A program made the translations under genes and the position numbers. Of a DNA stretch of 64,000 bases, positions 58,495 to 64,000 are shown one piece after another. Within the stretch, counting starts at the first letter, position 1. Each line of letters opens with the position of its first letter. This DNA comes from Mucilaginibacter sp. Lineage in GTDB: Bacteria > Bacteroidota > Bacteroidia > Sphingobacteriales > Sphingobacteriaceae. Location of the stretch: assembly GCA_030445275.1 (NCBI GenBank), contig JAUCSE010000066.1, forward strand, positions 10,336-74,335, read 5' to 3'. The notes beneath the pieces are model-generated. The model saw nothing but the letters and a program-made list of their open reading frames with translations. It made no database searches and was not told where the DNA came from.

Positions 58495-59196
58495 ATGAAA
58501 TTGCTACGCGGTTACCTGGCCGATTTTGTTTCACTGCTATTCCCTGAACTTTGCCCTGCATGCCAGGCCAGCTTAGTAGCTAACGAACTCGTAATTTGTT
58601 CAGATTGCCGCTATAATTTACCCTATACCAACTTTCATTTACAGGCTGATAATATTGTTGCCCAGCAGTTTTATGGCAAAATTAATATTCAGGCAGCCTA
58701 TGCCCTCTACTATTTTACTAAAGGCGGCAAAGTTCAAAACCTGATGCATCATTTTAAGTACAAGGGTATGCAACAGATAGGTGATTTACTGGGCAACATC
58801 GCCGAATCACAGTTAATAGAAAATCCCATTTTTAATACCGTCGACCTCATCATACCTGTGCCGCTGCATAAAAAACGGCTTAAAGAACGTGGCTACAATC
58901 AAAGTACCTGCTTTGCCAACGGACGACTGGCACAAAAACTAAACGCAGTGGTTGAGGACAATAACCTGCAGCGCGCAGTAGCTACCGACACCCAAACCCA
59001 TAAATCGCGCTTTGCCCGGTTTGAGAACATGCAGGATGTATTTGTAGTTAAGCACCCTGAGAAATTGGTAAACAAACATATTTTATTGGTTGATGATATT
59101 ATAACCACAGGATCAACACTGGAGGCATGCGGGATAGAACTGTTAAAAATACCCGGGCTTACATTAAGTATAGCCACTATTGCCTACGCACAATAA
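58495..59196 (+). CDS. comF: ComF-family phosphoribosyltransferase-domain protein
   Basis: 233 aa. N-terminal CPAC...CSDC zinc finger and a C-terminal PRT motif (ILLVDDIITTGSTL). Confidence 0.8.
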   Translation: MKLLRGYLADFVSLLFPELCPACQASLVANELVICSDCRYNLPYTNFHLQADNIVAQQFYGKINIQAAYALYYFTKGGKVQNLMHHFKYKGMQQIGDLLGNIAESQLIENPIFNTVDLIIPVPLHKKRLKERGYNQSTCFANGRLAQKLNAVVEDNNLQRAVATDTQTHKSRFARFENMQDVFVVKHPEKLVNKHILLVDDIITTGSTLEACGIELLKIPGLTLSIATIAYAQ

Positions 59197-59331
59197 GGGA
59201 GGGAAATATCAATTTCCAATAATATAAAAATATGTCATTAAGGGTAATAGTGCAGCAACCTTATTGCGTAATAATCACAACTTTTAACCGATATCCGTTT
59301 ATCAAAAACATTTATAATATTTGCACCCTCC

Positions 59332-60519
59332 ATGACAAAAAAATTCCTCTACTTAACCGGGTATCAATGGGTTTGGGTATTATATTTAGCCGTTGCTGCT
59401 TACTGCTGGCAGTACAAATACTTCAGGCATATTGATAATAATTACCTCATATTTCGCCATGCTTATTACCATGCAACAGCAGGGCTAAACCTGTATGCCA
59501 GTTATCCAAAGGAATATTCTGATCTGTTTTTATATGGCCCGATATTCTCCATATTTGTGGCCCCGTTCGCCATTCCACCAGAAGGGTTGGGTTTTTTTTT
59601 ATGGCAAATAGTAAATGCTCTTGCTTTTTTGTGGGCCATTGATATACTGCCATTTACTAAACGGATAAAAACATTGATCCTGTTGTTTTGCGTTATTGAA
59701 TTTGCCAACACATCGCATTATATGCAGATCAATGCCATTGTAGCAGCCTTTATTATATTAAGTTTTATGCTGGTAAAAAAGGGAAAAGAGGAATGGGCTA
59801 CTATGTTTATAGTACTGGGTACCCTAATAAAACTGTACCCGATAATTGGCCTTGCGTTTTTTCTTTTCTCCAAAAACAAATTAAAGTTTATAATAAGTAC
59901 GGGGATATGGCTGGTTGTTTTCTTCCTGTTACCCATGGCTATTTCCAGTCCATCCTATATTGTTCAGTCCTACCATGATTGGTTTACAACCCTGAGTCAT
60001 AAAAACGATATCAATGAAGGTTTAAATAATGCGATAGATTGGTGTATAATGGGTGTGGCCCGGCGTTTAACCGGCGATCCAACTATACCTAATCTGCCTT
60101 TTTTACTGGCCGGGGCCGCTATTTTTGCTATCCCGTTATTGAGGTTTAAACAATTTATTTCGTTAGAATTTCGTTTACAGGTTTTGACATCAGCCCTGCT
60201 CATGGTTGTACTTTTTAGTACGGGTGCCGAGCATCCCACCTTTGTTATCGCTACAGCGGGTGCTATTATTTATATCATGATGCAGGACAAGCCTTTTACC
60301 CCCTTTAATATCATTATGCTGGTGCTATTGCTGGTTGTTACCGGATTAGGCCCGAGTGATGCTTTTCCGAGGTTTATGCGTGTGTGGATGAGTAATTATG
60401 CCATAAAAGCCTGGCCCTGTATTATTATATGGGTTAAGATTGCTTATGAGCTGATATTTAAGAATTTTTTGGTTGAAAGACCACTGCAACAAAAGGCGGC
60501 AATAAAATCCACCCTTTAG
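59332..60519 (+). CDS. polytopic membrane glycosyltransferase-like protein (DUF2029/GT87-like)
   Basis: 395 aa with about 10 TM segments. Family assignment is from general appearance only. Confidence 0.5.
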   Translation: MTKKFLYLTGYQWVWVLYLAVAAYCWQYKYFRHIDNNYLIFRHAYYHATAGLNLYASYPKEYSDLFLYGPIFSIFVAPFAIPPEGLGFFLWQIVNALAFLWAIDILPFTKRIKTLILLFCVIEFANTSHYMQINAIVAAFIILSFMLVKKGKEEWATMFIVLGTLIKLYPIIGLAFFLFSKNKLKFIISTGIWLVVFFLLPMAISSPSYIVQSYHDWFTTLSHKNDINEGLNNAIDWCIMGVARRLTGDPTIPNLPFLLAGAAIFAIPLLRFKQFISLEFRLQVLTSALLMVVLFSTGAEHPTFVIATAGAIIYIMMQDKPFTPFNIIMLVLLLVVTGLGPSDAFPRFMRVWMSNYAIKAWPCIIIWVKIAYELIFKNFLVERPLQQKAAIKSTL

Positions 60520-60523
60520 GGGC

Positions 60524-60913
60524 TTAGGGGGTTTGGTATTTGCTTAACTTATCAAAAAGCGCTTTGGGTTCAAATGGTTTTTGTATATAATCATTCATAC
60601 CAACTTTATATATCTCTTCCATTTGTTCACTAAGTACAGATGCTGTTAACGCAATAATAGGCAATTGCTGAAAATACGGTTCAGGTTTGGACCGGATAAC
60701 GCGGGTAGCCTCAATCCCTCCCATTTCGGGCATGTGGATATCCATTAACACCACGTTATAATTACTGTTGGTTTCTATTTTATGGACAGCTTCAATACCG
60801 TTCTCAGCAAAATCAGCATCTGCGCTCCATCGTTTCAGTATCTTATGTATTAATAACCGGTTTATGTGGTTATCATCAACTACTAAAACACTTATTTTAA
60901 GTCCTTCATCCAC
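60524..60913 (-). CDS. stand-alone response regulator receiver protein
   Basis: 129 aa. VLVVDDN, VLMDIHMPEMGG, ALTAS and KP motifs. Confidence 0.85.
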   Translation of the reverse strand: MDEGLKISVLVVDDNHINRLLIHKILKRWSADADFAENGIEAVHKIETNSNYNVVLMDIHMPEMGGIEATRVIRSKPEPYFQQLPIIALTASVLSEQMEEIYKVGMNDYIQKPFEPKALFDKLSKYQTP

Positions 60914-61031
60914 GTTACTATCTTACTATTAAATGGTTACCCGCCTTATTAAATTTATGCAAAGCCTTGATCTACACCAATCACTCCAAGCAATTATTCA
61001 GCCAAGTTCAGCATGCCCTACACAATCCAGC

Positions 61032-61072
61032 AAAAAAGCGCCAATACCTGGTATTTCACCCGTATCAGCGCT
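61032..61072 (-). terminator. candidate terminator downstream of glyA
   Basis: Minus strand: AGCGCTGATAC...GTATTGGCGCT (11 bp including 2 G-U pairs) followed by TTTTTTG. Confidence 0.4.
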
Positions 61073-61104
61073 TCAATATTAAAGCTATTATCAGCCCATA
61101 GTTA

Positions 61105-62391
61105 TTATTCCGGGCCGTTATCTCTGTATAGTGGATAATCGTGCATCAACTTATGAACTTTTTTACTTATTTTCTTTAAAGAAAGTTCATTCTCAGGGTC
61201 TGAAATTACAGCATCTATCAGTTCAACAATGTGTTCCATTTGTTTCTCTTTCATACCTCGGGTAGTGATAGCTGCAGTACCTACGCGTATGCCCGAAGTT
61301 ACAAATGGCGATTTATCATCATAAGGCACCATGTTTTTATTTACGGTAATATCAGCAGCTACCAATGCATTCTCAGCAGCTTTACCGGTAATGTTCTTAT
61401 TACGCAGATCGATCAGCATTAAATGGTTATCAGTACCGCCTGATATGATTTGATAACCACGCTTAACAAAAGCTTCAGCCATAGCGCTGGCGTTCTTTTT
61501 AACCTGCAATATGTATTTCATATAGCTTTCGCTCAAAGCTTCGCCAAAAGCTATTGCTTTGGCAGCTATGATATGTTCCAGCGGGCCACCTTGTGTACCT
61601 GGGAAAACAGCCATGTCCAGTAATGACGACATCATCCTGATTTCACCTTTTGGTGTTTTGATACCGTATGGGTTTTCAAAATCCTTACCTAATAAAATAA
61701 GGCCGCCACGTGGGCCACGTAAGGTTTTATGCGTAGTTGTAGTAACTATGTGGCAATGCGGTAGCGGATCTGCCAATAAGCCCCTGGCAATAAGCCCGGC
61801 CGGATGCGAGATATCTGCCAGCACCAGAGCACCTACTTTATCTGCCACTTTACGTATAAACTCATAATCCCAATCGCGCGAGTAAGCTGAAGCACCGCAA
61901 ATGATCAGTTTTGGTTTTTCTTTAAGTGCAACCTTTTCCAGTTGTTTATAGTCAACCAAACCGGTTTCTTTAACCACACCATAAAAATGCGGTTCATATA
62001 ATTTACCTGAAAAGTTAACCGGCGAACCATGTGTTAAGTGGCCACCGTGTGAAAGATCAAATCCTAATATTTTATCGCCCGGTTGTAGACAAGCCAGCAT
62101 TACTGCCGCATTAGCCTGTGCACCTGAGTGTGGTTGTACGTTGGCCCATTCTGCATTGAACAGTTGTTTTGCACGTTCAATAGCAATGGTTTCAATTTCG
62201 TCAACTACCTGGCAGCCGCCATAATAACGTTTACCCGGTAAACCTTCGGCGTATTTGTTGGTAGCAACAGATCCTGCCGCTTCCATAACCTGCCGGCTTA
62301 CAAAATTTTCAGACGCTATCAGCTCAATGCCTTCTTCCTGGCGTTGCTGCTCTTCATCCAGTAGCTTAAAAATTAATTTGTCTCTTTTCAT
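61105..62391 (-). CDS. glyA: serine hydroxymethyltransferase
   Basis: 428 aa. The [17 protein letters not shown]-lysine motif. Confidence 0.95.
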   Translation of the reverse strand: MKRDKLIFKLLDEEQQRQEEGIELIASENFVSRQVMEAAGSVATNKYAEGLPGKRYYGGCQVVDEIETIAIERAKQLFNAEWANVQPHSGAQANAAVMLACLQPGDKILGFDLSHGGHLTHGSPVNFSGKLYEPHFYGVVKETGLVDYKQLEKVALKEKPKLIICGASAYSRDWDYEFIRKVADKVGALVLADISHPAGLIARGLLADPLPHCHIVTTTTHKTLRGPRGGLILLGKDFENPYGIKTPKGEIRMMSSLLDMAVFPGTQGGPLEHIIAAKAIAFGEALSESYMKYILQVKKNASAMAEAFVKRGYQIISGGTDNHLMLIDLRNKNITGKAAENALVAADITVNKNMVPYDDKSPFVTSGIRVGTAAITTRGMKEKQMEHIVELIDAVISDPENELSLKKISKKVHKLMHDYPLYRDNGPE

Positions 62392-62527
62392 TATATATTA
62401 TTAAAACGGCCCTAAGTTAGTAAAAAGCTTAAAGCTAAGGGCCAAAGGCTTAAAGCTTTTTTGCATTAATGGTTGAATAATTAAGGAGCTTAAAGCTCTC
62501 TTTCAAGATCACCAAAGCTTCAAGCCT

Positions 62528-63298
62528 TTAGCCTTCGGCTTTAAGCTTTTGGCCATCTTCCCTTGTCGATATCCTAAAATTATTATAACCCAGTCCAATT
62601 TGGATATCAATCAGTTCCTGCTGCAGCATTTCTAAAACAGCTAAAAAATTGTAAACAAAATGCACCTTGTTTTCTGAATGCCCGGCAATAGCTTTAAAAT
62701 CGAGCATTTTATTGATTTTCAGCAAATCATCAATGGCTTTTTTTTGTTTTTCAATGGTATAGGGATACTGCACCACGGTATGCTTTACCTCCTCGCTGCG
62801 ATTAAGATAGTTTCTCATTAACCGTTCATGTACCATCATTAATTTATAAAGGCTTATTTCTGATAGCTCTTCACCGGGTAATATCACTTTTTCAACCTGC
62901 TCCAGATCATGTTTAATGTTACCCCGTTTTTCCTGCTTAAATCGCTCATCTTCATACGGACGAAGTTCGTCACATAACTCCTTGAACTTTTTATATTCAA
63001 TCAGTTTCCTGATCAGGTTTTCTTTGGTATCAGCTTCGTCGCCGGCTTCATCAGCCTCGTAGCGGGGCAGCAGCATTTTAGCCTTGATGCGCATCAGGGT
63101 AGCTGCCACAAAAATAAACTCACTGGCCAGCTCCATATTAAGGCTGGTCATTTGATGTATGTAGTTTAAAAAATCGTCGGCAATACGGGCTATTGGTATA
63201 TCATGAATATCCAGCTCATCCCGCTCGATAAAGAAAAGCAGCAGATCAAACGGACCTTCAAACTGGGGTAATCTTATGGCAAAGCTGTCGTCGGTCAT
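62528..63298 (-). CDS. scpA: segregation and condensation protein A
   Basis: 256 aa. FEGPFDLLLFFIERDELDIHDIPIARI N-terminus. Confidence 0.85.
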   Translation of the reverse strand: MTDDSFAIRLPQFEGPFDLLLFFIERDELDIHDIPIARIADDFLNYIHQMTSLNMELASEFIFVAATLMRIKAKMLLPRYEADEAGDEADTKENLIRKLIEYKKFKELCDELRPYEDERFKQEKRGNIKHDLEQVEKVILPGEELSEISLYKLMMVHERLMRNYLNRSEEVKHTVVQYPYTIEKQKKAIDDLLKINKMLDFKAIAGHSENKVHFVYNFLAVLEMLQQELIDIQIGLGYNNFRISTREDGQKLKAEG

Positions 63299-63328
63299 AA
63301 ATATGGTTCAAAAATAAGATTTTTTTCA

Positions 63329-63421
63329 GTATCAAGTAGTTAGTATCAAGTATCACGACACTAGTAGTTCTTTTCGCGAATCTTTAAAACATCTTGATAC
63401 CTGATACTAACTACTTGATAC
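63329..63421. repeat. family-2 palindromic element, copy B
   Basis: GTATCAAGTAGTTAGTATCAAGTATCA (63329-63355) pairs with TGATACCTGATACTAACTACTTGATAC (63395-63421). 27 bp with one A/C mismatch. Lies between divergent scpA and dxs. Confidence 0.85.
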
Positions 63422-63501
63422 CAGCAAAAAACAATTAATACATTTATATGGCCCGTATTTATAATAAAATAACTTACTTTGTAAGTTAAATATTCTTACA
63501 A

Positions 63502-64000
63502 ATGTCAATGCAGGTACCGGCCGGAGATTTATTAAAAAAAATAAATTACCCATCTGATTTAAAGCAACTTAGCGAAAACGATCTTGAACAAGTTTGCCAG
63601 GAATTGCGCCAGTATATCATTGACGTAGTATCGGTAAACGGCGGCCACTTTGCCGCCAGCTTGGGTGTTGTTGAGCTAACAGTTGCCCTTCAATATGTTT
63701 TAAATACTCCTTATGACCAGTTGGTTTGGGATGTTGGCCACCAGGCTTACGGCCACAAAATACTTACTGGCCGTCGGGAGGAATTTCATACCAACCGGGT
63801 ATATAAAGGTATAAGCGGTTTCCCCAAACGTTCAGAAAGCGAATATGATACTTTTGGTGTGGGGCACTCTTCTACATCTATATCAGTAGCATTGGGTATG
63901 GCTGTTGCATCGCACTATAAAGGCGAAACTGACAGGCAGCACGTTGCTGTGATTGGTGATGGGGCTATGACCGCCGGGATGGCTTTTGAGGCACTTAACC
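63502..64000 (+). CDS. dxs: 1-deoxy-D-xylulose-5-phosphate synthase, N-terminal part (runs off window)
   Basis: Manual translation: [44 protein letters not shown]...[20 protein letters not shown]...[17 protein letters not shown]...[17 protein letters not shown]. Confidence 0.9.
   Translation, partial: MSMQVPAGDLLKKINYPSDLKQLSENDLEQVCQELRQYIIDVVSVNGGHFAASLGVVELTVALQYVLNTPYDQLVWDVGHQAYGHKILTGRREEFHTNRVYKGISGFPKRSESEYDTFGVGHSSTSISVALGMAVASHYKGETDRQHVAVIGDGAMTAGMAFEALN

Overview
The window looks like an ordinary, gene-dense chromosomal region of a Bacteroidota genome. Gene content (sprA/T9SS, gene order, TAnnTTTG-type promoter box, about 40% GC) suggests a Sphingobacteriia-like organism such as Mucilaginibacter or Pedobacter; this is inference only. 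I can support about 60 CDS, nearly all housekeeping: clpC, ettA, lipB, dcd, clpS, ilvE, sdaA, groES/groEL, secG, miaB, sprA (2340 aa), ruvA, maeB, gatA, tatA, dut, rlmN, glyA, scpA and the dxs 5' end. I see no rRNA, tRNA, CRISPR array, IS element, prophage or recognisable defence genes. I did not find a clear-cut novel system. The best candidates are listed here. (1) A tightly packed seven-gene MoxR-AAA/DUF58 membrane-protein operon with a divergent RDD gene (17.8-24.7 kb), of unknown function. (2) Three families of long palindromic intergenic elements. One of them has four copies, all between convergent genes, with compensatory arm substitutions. (3) A 466-bp gene-free, highly self-complementary region (45.8-46.2 kb) that ends in a strong minus-strand terminator; it may be a structured sRNA or a MITE-like element. 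(4) A decayed C-terminal gene fragment paralogous to the adjacent AsmA-like gene. (5) A frameshifted small ORF that has its own terminator. All family names come from motif recognition by eye and need HMM or BLAST confirmation.
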